DNA from: Candidatus Uhrbacteria bacterium
GTDB taxonomy: Bacteria > Patescibacteriota > Patescibacteriia > UBA9934 > GWF2-40-263
NCBI GenBank assembly: GCA_903843045.1
Contig: CAIMOJ010000046.1
Span: forward strand, 95,073 to 159,072
Direction of reading: 5' to 3'
Length of the DNA stretch: 64,000 bases
Numbering within the stretch: position 1 is the stretch's first letter; every line of letters starts with the position of its first letter. Position numbers and translations under genes: made by a program. This document shows, one piece after another, positions 30,298 through 39,918 of this stretch. A model generated the notes under the pieces. It ran no database searches and was not told the DNA's origin. It saw only the letters and a list, made by a program, of their open reading frames with translations.

Positions 30298-32181
30298 TTA
30301 TTTCTCTTCGGCCTTCGCGTCAATCGGCTCATCGTTCGTCTTTTCCTCCGAACCCTTGGCCCCCTCGGAACCCTCGGTCCCCTTATTCTCGTACATCTTC
30401 GCCCCAACCTTCTGCGCCGCGTCCGACAGCGTGTCCGCGGCCTTCTTGATGGCCTCGTGGTCGTCGCCGTCCTTCACAGCCTTCAGCGCCGCGATCTTTT
30501 CCTCGATGTCCTTCTTTTCCTCGTCGGTCGCCTTGTCGCCGGCGTCCTTCATCATCTTCTCGGCGGTATAGATCATGTTGTCCGCCAGGTTGCGATGCTC
30601 GATCATCTCCTTCTTCTTCTTGTCCTCGTCGGCATGCTCCTCGGCATCGCGCTTCATGCGCTCGATCTCGTCCTTGGAGAGGCCGGTCGACGCGGTAATC
30701 GTGATCTGCTGGCTCTTGCCGGTGCCTTTGTCCGTCGCAGAGACGTTCAGGATTCCGTTCGCGTCGATGTCGAACTTCACCTCCACCTGCGGCACGCCGC
30801 GCGGCGCCATCGGGATTCCGGAGAGGGTGAAGTGTCCGAGCGGCTTGTTGTCCGCGGCCATCTCGCGCTCGCCCTGGAGAACGACGATTTCGACGGACGA
30901 CTGGTTGTCCGCGGCCGTCGAGAAGACCATCGCCTTCGACGTCGGGATCGTGGTGTTGCGCTCGATCAGCTTCGTCGACACGCCGCCCATCGTCTCGATG
31001 CCGAGCGACAGCGGGGTCACGTCGAGCAGGAGCACGTCCTTCACCTCGCCCTGCAGCACGCCGCCCTGAACCGCCGCGCCGACCGCGACCACCTCGTCCG
31101 GGTTCACCGTGATGTTCGGCTTCTTGCCAAAGAAATCCTCCACGGCCTTCTGCACCATCGGCATGCGCGTCATTCCGCCCACCATGACGATCTCGTTGAT
31201 GTCGCCCTTGTCCATCTTTGCGTCCGCAAGCGCCTTCTTCACCGGACCGAGCGTCTTTTCCACGAGCGGGCGAACGAGCTCTTCCAGTTTCGATCGCGAC
31301 AGCGAAAGCGACAGATGCTTCGGGCCGTTGGCGTCCGACGTGATGAACGGCTGGTTGACCTCCGTCTGCTGGGCCGTCGACAATTCAATCTTGGCACGCT
31401 CGGCGGCATCCTTGATGCGCTGCAGCGCGAGCGGATCCTTTCCGAGGTCGATTCCCTCGGCCTTTCGGAACTCGTCCACGATCCAATCGATAATACAGCG
31501 GTCGAAGTCATCTCCGCCAAGGTGCGTGTCGCCGTTGGTCGACTTCACTTCGACGGTGTCAGCGGAAACGTCGAGCACGGAAACGTCGAACGTTCCGCCC
31601 CCGAGGTCGTACACCATCACCTGCTCGCCCTTCTTCTTGTCGAATCCGTAGGCAAGCGCGGCAGCCGTCGGCTCGTTGATGATGCGCAGAACTTCGAGTC
31701 CGGCGATTTCGCCCGCAACCTTGGTCGCGGCGCGCTGGGCGTCGTCGAAGTACGCCGGAACGGTGATGACCGCCTGCGTGATCTTCTCCCCGAGCTTCTC
31801 CTCCGCGTCCGCCTTGAGCTTCCCAAGGATCATCGCCGAGATCTCCTCCGGCGTGTAATCCGTTCCCGACATGGTAATCGCGATCCCGTCGCCCTTCTTC
31901 ACGATCTTGTACGGCATCGTCTTCATGTCGCGCTGCACCTCGGCGTCGTCAAACCGGCGGCCGATCAGACGCTTGATCGAAAACAGCGTGCTCTCCGCGT
32001 TCGTCACGGCCTGACGCTTCGCAGGTGCTCCAACGAGACGCTCGCCCGTCTTCGTCACGGCGACCATCGAGGGAGTCGTCCGCGCGCCTTCGCGATTTTC
32101 CAAAACCTTCGGCTGTCCGCCTTCAATGATGGACATGCACGAGTTCGTCGTTCCAAGGTCGATTCCAAGAATCTTTGCCAT
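30298..32181 (-). CDS. dnaK: Chaperone DnaK (Hsp70)
   Basis: 627 aa with the Hsp70 signatures IDLGTTNS and DLGGGTFD. Confidence 0.97.
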   Translation of the reverse strand: MAKILGIDLGTTNSCMSIIEGGQPKVLENREGARTTPSMVAVTKTGERLVGAPAKRQAVTNAESTLFSIKRLIGRRFDDAEVQRDMKTMPYKIVKKGDGIAITMSGTDYTPEEISAMILGKLKADAEEKLGEKITQAVITVPAYFDDAQRAATKVAGEIAGLEVLRIINEPTAAALAYGFDKKKGEQVMVYDLGGGTFDVSVLDVSADTVEVKSTNGDTHLGGDDFDRCIIDWIVDEFRKAEGIDLGKDPLALQRIKDAAERAKIELSTAQQTEVNQPFITSDANGPKHLSLSLSRSKLEELVRPLVEKTLGPVKKALADAKMDKGDINEIVMVGGMTRMPMVQKAVEDFFGKKPNITVNPDEVVAVGAAVQGGVLQGEVKDVLLLDVTPLSLGIETMGGVSTKLIERNTTIPTSKAMVFSTAADNQSSVEIVVLQGEREMAADNKPLGHFTLSGIPMAPRGVPQVEVKFDIDANGILNVSATDKGTGKSQQITITASTGLSKDEIERMKRDAEEHADEDKKKKEMIEHRNLADNMIYTAEKMMKDAGDKATDEEKKDIEEKIAALKAVKDGDDHEAIKKAADTLSDAAQKVGAKMYENKGTEGSEGAKGSEEKTNDEPIDAKAEEK

Positions 32182-32191
32182 AAAAATATTG

Positions 32192-32677
32192 TTATTTGTT
32201 TACGATGACCTTCCCCGGCCTCACGATCTTGCCTCCCATCTTCCATCCGCGCGCGACGACCTCGACGATCGCGTTCGGGGCGACCTTCTCGTCCGCTCGC
32301 TCGCCGACCGCGTCGTGCAGGTTCGCGTCGAACGGGTCTCCGACTTCGCCGAACGGTTCCACCCCCATCTGGAGAAGGACCTCGTCGAGCTGGGTCTGGA
32401 CGAACAGGATGCCCATGAGCCAGTTCTTCAGCTTCGCGTCGATCCCCTCCGGGACGAACTTCACGGCGGTGTCGAAGTTGTCGATCACCGGGATGATCCG
32501 GCTTGCCGCGTCGGCCGTGGCCGCCGCGCGCATCTCGACGCGCTCGCGTCCCTGCTCCTTCTTCAGGTTGTCGTAATCCGCGAGGGCGCGTTTCCATCCC
32601 GCAAGATACTCGGCTGCCTTGTCCTCGACAGGTGTCTCGACAGTCGGCTCGACCGTCACGTCTTGTTCGTCGCTCAT
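32192..32677 (-). CDS. grpE: Nucleotide exchange factor GrpE
   Basis: Start at MSDEQDVTV (ATG 32677), overlapping the hrcA stop. GrpE coiled-coil plus beta domain. Confidence 0.9.
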   Translation of the reverse strand: MSDEQDVTVEPTVETPVEDKAAEYLAGWKRALADYDNLKKEQGRERVEMRAAATADAASRIIPVIDNFDTAVKFVPEGIDAKLKNWLMGILFVQTQLDEVLLQMGVEPFGEVGDPFDANLHDAVGERADEKVAPNAIVEVVARGWKMGGKIVRPGKVIVNK

Positions 32678-33387
32678 AGAGAATCGTCTAGAATTTCTTG
32701 AATGTCCGTAACGAGTCCGAGGTTCCTCCCATAGTCCATCCGCATGGGGCCGATCAATCCGAGGATGCCAATCTGTCCGTTTGGCAGCCGACACTTCACC
32801 ATCACCGCGCTCATGTCCTTGCCGAACGGGTTCTCGCTGCCGATGAGAACCTGCGGCTCGCTCGTCATGCGGTCGAACACCTCGCCGACCAGCTGGTCGA
32901 AGCGGTCGAGCATCCGGGAAAGTTCCTGGACGACCACGATGTCGCTGAAGTCGGGTTTGCCCACGAGGTTGGCGACGCCCGAGTAATAGCTGTTGCGCGG
33001 ATCGACCGCGACGATCGCCATCTCGCCCGACAGCTCCATGAGCGTCCGGGCCAGGTCGCGCATGTCGGGCTCTCCGGCTCCGGTCGAGCGGCCGTCCGCG
33101 ACCGACTTCCGGAGCTGGTCGCTGGCCGCGTGTCCGGGCTCCGCGGACACGAAGTTCTGGAGATAGTAGACGTACGCCCTCTCGGTGGGTATCCGTCCGG
33201 CCGACGTGTGCGGCTGGACGATGAATCCCGCATCCTCGAGCGCGGCCATCTCGCTGCGGATGGTGGCGGGCGACACGTTGCTCCCCGACAGCTCCGCGAC
33301 CAGGCGAGACCCGACCGGTTGCGCCGATCGGATATACTCGTCCACGATCGCCTTCAAAATGGCCTCTTGCCGTGGTTCCAGACGCAT
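32674..33387 (-). CDS. hrcA: Heat-inducible transcription repressor HrcA (short form)
   Basis: 237 aa. N-terminal winged helix ILKAIVDEYIRSAQPVGSR...SPATIRSEMAALE. Confidence 0.9.
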   Translation of the reverse strand: MRLEPRQEAILKAIVDEYIRSAQPVGSRLVAELSGSNVSPATIRSEMAALEDAGFIVQPHTSAGRIPTERAYVYYLQNFVSAEPGHAASDQLRKSVADGRSTGAGEPDMRDLARTLMELSGEMAIVAVDPRNSYYSGVANLVGKPDFSDIVVVQELSRMLDRFDQLVGEVFDRMTSEPQVLIGSENPFGKDMSAVMVKCRLPNGQIGILGLIGPMRMDYGRNLGLVTDIQEILDDSL

Positions 33388-33397
33388 AAAATCAAAA

Positions 33398-33424
33398 TTA
33401 GCACTCTCATTGTACGAGTGCTAA
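33398..33424 (-). promoter_or_regulatory. CIRCE operator (TTAGCACTC-N9-GAGTGCTAA) with embedded -10
   Basis: Perfect consensus inverted repeat 11 nt upstream of the hrcA ATG. -35 TTGACA at 33431-33436 and -10 TACAAT inside the N9 spacer. Confidence 0.9.
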
Positions 33425-33460
33425 TTCATCGTGTCAAGGCTGAGAAAAACGGCATGCGCG

Positions 33461-35119
33461 CTATCGGTCCAAGGCCAGTTTCTGCCAGGACAAACGTCGC
33501 GTTTTCTTTTCTGACAGCAACTCGCGCAACTTCTCTCCCCCGAGCACCGTCGGAATGATCACGAACGTCGCACCGGCCGCGTAACACTTCTCAGCCTCGT
33601 CCTTCGTCCGCGCCGACACGACGGCCGTTCCGGCGAATTTCTCGCCGCGAAGATAACCGAGAATCTCGAGCGAAACGCTCACGTCCGGAATGGTCGACAC
33701 GATGAACTTCGCGCGCTCGACCCCGATCTCCTCGAGAAAGCTGTCGTCGCCCGCGTCGCCGTAAATGGCCGGGATGCCGACCGCGGTGAGGTCGCGAATC
33801 ACGATCGGGTCGAAGTCGACCACCGCGAACGGCTGGCGCAGTTCCTCGAGCGCGGAAAGGGCCGCCGTGCCGATGTCGTGCAGGCCGAAGAGATACGTCT
33901 TCACCTCCGGATGGACGACCTTGTGCTCGCGCGAAAGCGACCGTGCCGGCTCCATGAATCGAAACACCGGGCGAAGGATGTCATAGATGGCCGCGTTATG
34001 CTGGATGACGAGCGACGAGGTAGCGATCGTCACGAGCCCGACTGTCGTCGCAAGCGTGAGAATCGACGGATCGATATGGCCGAGCGCAATTCCCGCCGCG
34101 ATCACGATGAACGAGAACTCGGAGATCTGCGCGGCCGTGGTCCCGGAAAGGAACCCTGTGCGCGGATGGTAGCCGAGCGCGCGCATCACGAGCATGGCAA
34201 GGATCGGGTTGCCAACGAGGACGTAGAGCGAGAAGACGATCGTCGGAACGACGAGCGAGCCGACGGACGAGACGTTGAGGTGCGTTCCGAGGACCACGAA
34301 GAAGATCAGCAGGAAGAAGTCGCGCAACGACCGGATGCGCGCGCCGATCTCGCGTTCGAACACCGTTCCCGAAAGCGTTATCCCGGCGATGAGCGCGCCC
34401 ATCTCCACGCCGAATCCGAACCAGACAAGCAGTCCGGCGATGAGAAAGCACCAGGCGACGGAGAAGACGAACAGGAGCTCCTGCGACTTGGCTGCGTATG
34501 CGACGAGACGCGGGACGACGTATGCGGACACGACCATCAGGACGGGGACGAGGAATGCGATCTTGATCAGCGTCTGCGCGATGATATCCGGCAGGCTTGC
34601 CCCGCTCCCGATGGCGCCGAGGCCGAGCAGGATGAACATGGCGATGAAGTCCTGCACGAGGAGGAACCCCACGCTGATGCGCCCGTACAGCGTGTTGAGC
34701 TCGTCCTTGTCCGACAGCAGCTTCACGATCACGATCGTGCTCGAGAACGAGAACGCGACCGCCACGTACAGCGACGTAACTGTCGTGAGCCCGACGAGAC
34801 GTCCGATCACGAACCCAACCACCGACGTCACGAGAACCTGCCCGACCCCCGTCGCAAGCGCGATCCCGCCCACGTCCTTCATCCGCCGCCAGTTCAGCCC
34901 GAGCCCGACCGTGAACAGCAGGAAGGCGACGCCAATCTTCGACAGAGCCTCAAACGTCTCCGGATTTTTCGTCAGCGCGAACACGCTCGGCCCCACGAGA
35001 ATTCCCGTCACGATATACGCGATCACGAGCGGAAGTCGCAAACGCGAAACCACCATCGCGAGCGATGCCGCGAGGACGACGACGGTTCCGATCTCAAAAA
35101 ACAATTCCTGCAGGAGCAT
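33461..35119 (-). CDS. Kef-type K+/H+ antiporter (CPA2) with C-terminal RCK/TrkA-N domain
   Basis: Start at MLLQELFFEIGT (ATG 35119). About 12 TM helices plus a Rossmann-like domain (LFGLHDIGTAA). -10 TATACT upstream. Confidence 0.85.
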   Translation of the reverse strand: MLLQELFFEIGTVVVLAASLAMVVSRLRLPLVIAYIVTGILVGPSVFALTKNPETFEALSKIGVAFLLFTVGLGLNWRRMKDVGGIALATGVGQVLVTSVVGFVIGRLVGLTTVTSLYVAVAFSFSSTIVIVKLLSDKDELNTLYGRISVGFLLVQDFIAMFILLGLGAIGSGASLPDIIAQTLIKIAFLVPVLMVVSAYVVPRLVAYAAKSQELLFVFSVAWCFLIAGLLVWFGFGVEMGALIAGITLSGTVFEREIGARIRSLRDFFLLIFFVVLGTHLNVSSVGSLVVPTIVFSLYVLVGNPILAMLVMRALGYHPRTGFLSGTTAAQISEFSFIVIAAGIALGHIDPSILTLATTVGLVTIATSSLVIQHNAAIYDILRPVFRFMEPARSLSREHKVVHPEVKTYLFGLHDIGTAALSALEELRQPFAVVDFDPIVIRDLTAVGIPAIYGDAGDDSFLEEIGVERAKFIVSTIPDVSVSLEILGYLRGEKFAGTAVVSARTKDEAEKCYAAGATFVIIPTVLGGEKLRELLSEKKTRRLSWQKLALDR

Positions 35120-35169
35120 ATTGACAGTATAGCATTTTTCCCCTACGGTGCGCGACACCCGAGACAATC

Positions 35170-36024
35170 ATGCCGCTGCTCATCGTCCTCTTCTATCAGC
35201 TCGTTCTTTTTCCCATCTTCTACCTGGCCGTCGTTCGCCTCGCGAGCACGGCTCCTGCCGATGCCGTCGATCCCGTTTCCCATTTCTCATCGACCGGACG
35301 CGCCTGCGCGCTCCCAGGATGGGCCGTCACGCTCGGCGCGATGACTCTCGTCCTTGCAATCATCGTCTGGCTCGTGGAGACATAGCCGGACTTCTCGAAG
35401 GCGCTCGACCGCTGGGGCACGATCCTCGTCCTCGGCGCGTTCCTCGGCGGAGTCTTTTCGCCCAAGACAACCTGGACCAGGCTCGCGCTGGGGTACGCGG
35501 CCGCCTACGCGCTCTTCGAGGGAGTGCGCGCCTGGACGAACTGGCTGACGCTGGAAATGCTCGGGTTCGCGGTCTGCGGCATCGGAATCCTGCTCTTTCG
35601 CCAGATCCGGACGCGGTTCCTTTCCTACGGGTCCGTCGGCATGATGCTCTATGACGTCATCAACGTCTTCGGAACGAAGCTGATGCTCCGCATCGTCCCG
35701 GACACATCGGACACGACGTCCATGGCACCAACCCTGGCCGGAACATTCTCCATCCCGATGTCCCTGAGCCTTTCCTCGGACGCGTCCGTCAGCCTCGGCT
35801 TCGGCGACATCGTCATCCCCGGACTCTGGGTGATGGCAGCGGCGCGGACGACCGATCGCCCGACGCGCGCCGTCCTCTGGACCGTTGCCGGAATCTCCGT
35901 CGCGCACGTGGTCACCCTCGGCGTCCTGATCGCCTCACAGGTTCCGCTCCCCGCCCTGCTCTTCCTCCTCCCCGGCGCCGCCGCCGGCTACTGGATCGGC
36001 ACCCACCCTCCGCACACCCGCTAA
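35170..36024 (+). pseudogene. Presenilin/SPP-like (A22 family GxGD) intramembrane aspartyl protease interrupted by an in-frame TAG at 35383-35385
   Basis: The two listed ORFs (35170-35385 and 35524-36024) are in the same frame. The 47 codons after the TAG have high GC3 and no start codon. The joined product has 9 TM helices with YD (MMLYDVINVF), GxGD (LGFGDIVIPG) and PAL (PLPALLFLLPG) motifs. Confidence 0.55.
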
Positions 36025-36113
36025 ACCGGGTGTTTTTTCTTCTTCGCCCGTTCCGTCAGGACGATCGGCAACGTCCTTGAGTCGCAGAGTCGTTGCGTGT
36101 AGGATGCTTGCAT

Positions 36114-36782
36114 ATGTTCACAGGAATCGTAAAAGGACTCGGAACGGTCGTCTCGGGCCACGCGCGGCCGGGACTCGTCAGCTTCACCGTCGAAATGCCC
36201 GCGGGATACGCGGACGGCTTACAAATCGGCGCGTCCGTCGCCATCGACGGGGTTTGCCTGACCGTCACCGACATGTACCCCTCTCCTTCACAAGGAGAGG
36301 GACAGGGTGAGGTCATCGCCTCGGCGTCCTTCGACGCGATGCAGGAAACGCTCGAACGAACGACCATCGGCGCGCTCGTCGAAGGTTCTCGCGTCAACGT
36401 CGAGCGATCCTATCGCGTCGGCGACGAGGTCGGCGGACACATCGTCTCCGGCCACGTCACCGGAACGGCCGATATCGTCGCGATCGACGCGCCGGAAAAC
36501 AACCACGTCATCACCTTCCGCGTCCCGCCGGAATGGATGAAGTACATCCTCCCCAAAGGATTCGTCGCCCTCGACGGATGCTCGCTCACCATCGTCGACG
36601 TCAACCGAACCGATTCGACCTTCACCGTCTGGCTCATCCCCGAGACGCTCCGAATGACAACCTTCGGCTTCAAGAAACCAGGCGACAAAGTAAACCTCGA
36701 GATCGATTCGAAGACCCAAACCATCGTCGACACCGTAGAATCTTTCCTATCCGTACATCCCCAGATCCGTAATTCGTACTAA
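36114..36782 (+). CDS. ribE: Riboflavin synthase alpha subunit
   Basis: Start at MFTGIVKGLG. Two lumazine-binding repeats. Carries the extra peptide YPSPSQGEGQGEV encoded by mini-element copy 3. Confidence 0.9.
   Translation: MFTGIVKGLGTVVSGHARPGLVSFTVEMPAGYADGLQIGASVAIDGVCLTVTDMYPSPSQGEGQGEVIASASFDAMQETLERTTIGALVEGSRVNVERSYRVGDEVGGHIVSGHVTGTADIVAIDAPENNHVITFRVPPEWMKYILPKGFVALDGCSLTIVDVNRTDSTFTVWLIPETLRMTTFGFKKPGDKVNLEIDSKTQTIVDTVESFLSVHPQIRNSY
36278..36314 (+). repeat. Intragenic palindromic mini-element, type II, copy 3 (in ribE)
   Basis: CCCCTCTCCTTCACAAGGAGAGGGACAGGGTGAGGTC with a 10-bp hairpin CCCTCTCCTT/AAGGAGAGGG. 36 of 37 nt identical to the copy at 51840-51876. Confidence 0.8.
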
Positions 36783-36791
36783 AAAATCCGT

Positions 36792-37193
36792 ATGAGAAAT
36801 ATCGCCATCGTCCTCGGCTCGTTCCACACGAAGGAGGTCTCGGAGATGCTCGACGAGGCCAAGCAGACCGCGGCCGAGCTCGGGCTCAACATCGTCGAGC
36901 TCGTATGGGTCCCGGGATCCATCGAGAAGCCGCTCGCGCTCAAGCGCCTGCTGATGCGCAGCGATATCCACGGCTGCGTGGCGCTCGGCATCATCGAGCG
37001 CGGCGCCACCAAGCATGGCCTCGTGATGGGCGAGGTGGTGTACGACGCCATCATCCGCCTCATGCTCGAATTCATGAAGCCCATCGGCCTCGGCATCCTC
37101 GGGCCGGAGATCGACCCGGAACAGATCGAACCCCGCCTTCGCCCGTACGCCCGCGCCGCGGTGGAAGCGACGGCCAAGATGATGGTCGTATGA
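36792..37193 (+). CDS. ribH: 6,7-dimethyl-8-ribityllumazine synthase
   Basis: 133 aa, lumazine synthase fold. Confidence 0.92.
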   Translation: MRNIAIVLGSFHTKEVSEMLDEAKQTAAELGLNIVELVWVPGSIEKPLALKRLLMRSDIHGCVALGIIERGATKHGLVMGEVVYDAIIRLMLEFMKPIGLGILGPEIDPEQIEPRLRPYARAAVEATAKMMVV

Positions 37194-38674
37194 TCGACGA
37201 CGACGGGTCCGTCCCGATGATCGTCGGAGCCGGCGTGATGCTTGGCGCGCTGTTTTACGGCTTGGTTTGGAGTTCGAACGGACTGGGAATCAACGCGTTT
37301 CTGATGCAGATCGCGTTCGTGGCCGCCATCGCCTGGCTCACGCGTCGAGCGGGCCGAACCCTTCCCCGCGAGGCGTGGGTTGCGGCGGCTTTCTCGCTGG
37401 CATTCGCGGGAACCTTTGCGATATGGACGTCCGACCTTGCGCTGGGCGTCGCGTTCGTCTGCCTCATGGTGTCGGAGGCGGCGTTCATTCTCTACGCCAT
37501 CGGCCATCACTTTGAATTCCACCACCCCGCGCTCTTTGCCCACGCCGCGTTCGTCATGACGCCCATCCATGCCCTCGGACGGCTCGGCATCTTCCGTCAC
37601 CTTCCGCTCCCAAGCCGCGCCCCGGCGCAAACGCGATCAATCGTGGTGGGCCTTCTCGCGCTTGTCCCGGTCCTGCTCGTCTTCGGAACCCTGTTCGCAT
37701 CCGCGGATCCCCTGTTCGGAGACTACGTGCGGAGTGTCCTAAATTTCTCCTCCGTTCCAGACTGGACGAGATACGCCGTTGGAACCCTCTTCTGGTCCGT
37801 CGCGTTCGCGTCCCTGCTCGGCCTCGCGTTTTGGAAACGGGAAACGTTCGCGTCGCACGTCCGGCCGAGTCCGCAGTGGCACGTCGAAAGCAACGTCGTT
37901 CTCTGCGGAGTCATCGGCCTGTTCGCGCTCTTTATCGCCGTCCAGGCAACCTACCTGTTCGGCGGCGAAGCGGCGTTCCTTGCCACCGACTATACCTTTT
38001 CCGAGTACGCCCGCCGCGGTTTCAACGAGCTCGTAACCGTCGCGACGATCGTTCTGTTCCTCTTCCTCAGCCTGCGCTACCTCCACGGCGATCGCGCGTC
38101 AAACATCCTGAGAGTTCTGTATGGCGTCCTCTTCGGCGAGACCCTGCTCGTCCTTCTCTCCGCGATCATCCGCATGAACCTGTACGTGGACGCCTACGGC
38201 TATACCGCGGCAAGGCTGTTCGCCTACGCGTTCCTTACGGCCGTCGCGACCCTCATCGTCGTCGCCTTCGTCCACGTCCTGCGCAACGAGCCCCAGCCGC
38301 GATTTATCCGGCAAGGACTGGTCGTCACCGGAATCTTCGCCCTTGCGTTCGTCGTCTCCGCCCCGGACGCACTGTCCATGAGCCTGAACGAGAACCGCTT
38401 CCGCCAGAACGGAGGAATCAGCCTGCTGGATATTATCTACGCGTCCGAGGAGGCATACCCGGTCATGCGCTCCATGGAAGCGCGCGGCATCGTCGCGTAC
38501 GATCTCGGGCCGTCGCAGGAGCTGACGGATACGGAAGTAAACGCGGAATTCCCCAGCCCCCAACCGGACTGGCGCCAATGGAACTTCTCAAAATCCCGCA
38601 TTGATCCGTCGAAACCCTATCCCTGGCTTGGCTGCGTAACCCCCGAATGCACGGCGACCGAAGCCCAGCCTTGA
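37190..38674 (+). CDS. Hypothetical polytopic membrane protein (DUF4153/DUF4173-like)
   Basis: Start at MIDDDGSVP, with an ATGA overlap on the ribH stop. About 12 TM helices and a C-terminal extracytoplasmic tail. Confidence 0.6.
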   Translation: MIDDDGSVPMIVGAGVMLGALFYGLVWSSNGLGINAFLMQIAFVAAIAWLTRRAGRTLPREAWVAAAFSLAFAGTFAIWTSDLALGVAFVCLMVSEAAFILYAIGHHFEFHHPALFAHAAFVMTPIHALGRLGIFRHLPLPSRAPAQTRSIVVGLLALVPVLLVFGTLFASADPLFGDYVRSVLNFSSVPDWTRYAVGTLFWSVAFASLLGLAFWKRETFASHVRPSPQWHVESNVVLCGVIGLFALFIAVQATYLFGGEAAFLATDYTFSEYARRGFNELVTVATIVLFLFLSLRYLHGDRASNILRVLYGVLFGETLLVLLSAIIRMNLYVDAYGYTAARLFAYAFLTAVATLIVVAFVHVLRNEPQPRFIRQGLVVTGIFALAFVVSAPDALSMSLNENRFRQNGGISLLDIIYASEEAYPVMRSMEARGIVAYDLGPSQELTDTEVNAEFPSPQPDWRQWNFSKSRIDPSKPYPWLGCVTPECTATEAQP

Positions 38675-38727
38675 TCAATCTGAGCGGGCATGATATTCTC
38701 TCGCCACGAGAAACTATCAGCCCAAAC

Positions 38728-38802
38728 GGCCCCATCGTCTAGCGGCTAGGACGGCTCCCTCTCACGGAGCAAACCCGGGTTCGATTCCCGGTGAGGTCAC
38801 CA
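38728..38802 (+). tRNA. tRNA-Glu (anticodon CUC)
   Basis: Cloverleaf read by hand. Acceptor GGCCCCA/UGAGGUC with one C-A mismatch. D-stem GTCT/GGAC. Anticodon stem GCTCC/GGAGC with loop CTCTCAC. T-arm CCGGG-TTCGATT-CCCGG. Discriminator A and encoded CCA. Confidence 0.8.
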
Positions 38803-38805
38803 AAA

Positions 38806-38836
38806 ATCCCCACGCAACTGCGTGGGGATTTTTGCT
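38806..38836 (+). terminator. Intrinsic terminator after tRNA-Glu
   Basis: ATCCCCACGC-AACT-GCGTGGGGAT followed by TTTTG. Confidence 0.7.
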
Positions 38837-38846
38837 TAGAAAGCGG

Positions 38847-39152
38847 TTATGACACAAGGTACCCGATCGCCGCCGTGACAACATTCATCACCACCCCCGT
38901 GGCAAACGCCAGCGCCCGGCGATCCCGGAACATCAGCCCAAGGACAATCCCCTCGAACGCCGCGACGCATGCTTCCGATAGGAACCAGTTCGCGTGCAAA
39001 ACGAAGATCATCTGCCAGACGATCGGATGCGAGACCATGTTGACCCCGACCACGACCAAGGTCACCCGCCGCCAGTCCTCCTGCCGCAGGAGGACGAGGG
39101 CGACGGGCAGCTCGACGGCGACCGTCAGGATGAGATACGTTATTTCTTCCAT
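38847..39152 (-). CDS. Hypothetical small membrane protein (101 aa)
   Basis: 3 TM helices. Last gene of a minus-strand surface-protein operon. Confidence 0.45.
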   Translation of the reverse strand: MEEITYLILTVAVELPVALVLLRQEDWRRVTLVVVGVNMVSHPIVWQMIFVLHANWFLSEACVAAFEGIVLGLMFRDRRALAFATGVVMNVVTAAIGYLVS

Positions 39153-39907
39153 GCCTTTGTGGCGAGAACCAGGATCGCGGCGCCCATGACGACGATGGCG
39201 ATCCAGAAGGGCGTCGAGGAGGAATTGGTGGAATCGGCGACGGGCGCGGGAACAATGATCGGGGTTGCCGCGACGGGTACCGTGTCGGTAGCGGGCTGGA
39301 CGGTCGTCGCGACGACGGGAGTCGCGGTCCGAACGGTCGGAAGCGCGGGGCCGCTCACGAGCTTCGCGGTCGCGTCATAGCGGGACTCGCTCACGAAGTG
39401 CGCGGTGAACTGCGCGTCCGTCAGCTGGTCGATATGATACGTCCAGACGATGTAGACGGCTGGATTCGAATCCGGGAGAGCGCCGTTCACAAGTTCTGTC
39501 TTTAAAGACTTTCCCTCTCCCGTACCGGTCGCAACGATCAGGTACTGCTTGTTTTCGGGAAGTTTGTCCCACATGTCGCCCTGCTCCCCGCTTGGATCGT
39601 CCTTGTGCGCGATTAACGACTGATTGCTTTTCTTGACGGCAACGAACGGAGGCAAGTCGGAGGTCGGATGCCCATTGGAAGCAATGTCCTTCTGAACGGG
39701 AGCGACCGCGTCCTTCGCCAGCGTCAAGGACGGTCCGAACCGCCAGCTCATGGTCGCGTAAACGTCGTATCCCGGATAATCCGCAAGGTTATCAAACTCC
39801 GCGTGCGTAGAATACTCGTGCGTTCCCGGATCCGGCGCGATGTCGGCCTTCGCGGCAAACGGCAGAATGGTCGCGCCAATGAGCAGAATTGAAAGGAGAT
39901 ATTTCAT
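39140..39907 (-). CDS. Hypothetical secreted/cell-surface protein with C-terminal T/P-rich linker and TM anchor
   Basis: Signal peptide MKYLLSILLIGATILPFAAKA, then PTVRTATPVVATTVQPATDTVPVAATP and a C-terminal TM segment. Confidence 0.55.
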   Translation of the reverse strand: MKYLLSILLIGATILPFAAKADIAPDPGTHEYSTHAEFDNLADYPGYDVYATMSWRFGPSLTLAKDAVAPVQKDIASNGHPTSDLPPFVAVKKSNQSLIAHKDDPSGEQGDMWDKLPENKQYLIVATGTGEGKSLKTELVNGALPDSNPAVYIVWTYHIDQLTDAQFTAHFVSESRYDATAKLVSGPALPTVRTATPVVATTVQPATDTVPVAATPIIVPAPVADSTNSSSTPFWIAIVVMGAAILVLATKAWKK

Positions 39908-39918
39908 AGGATTGTTCG

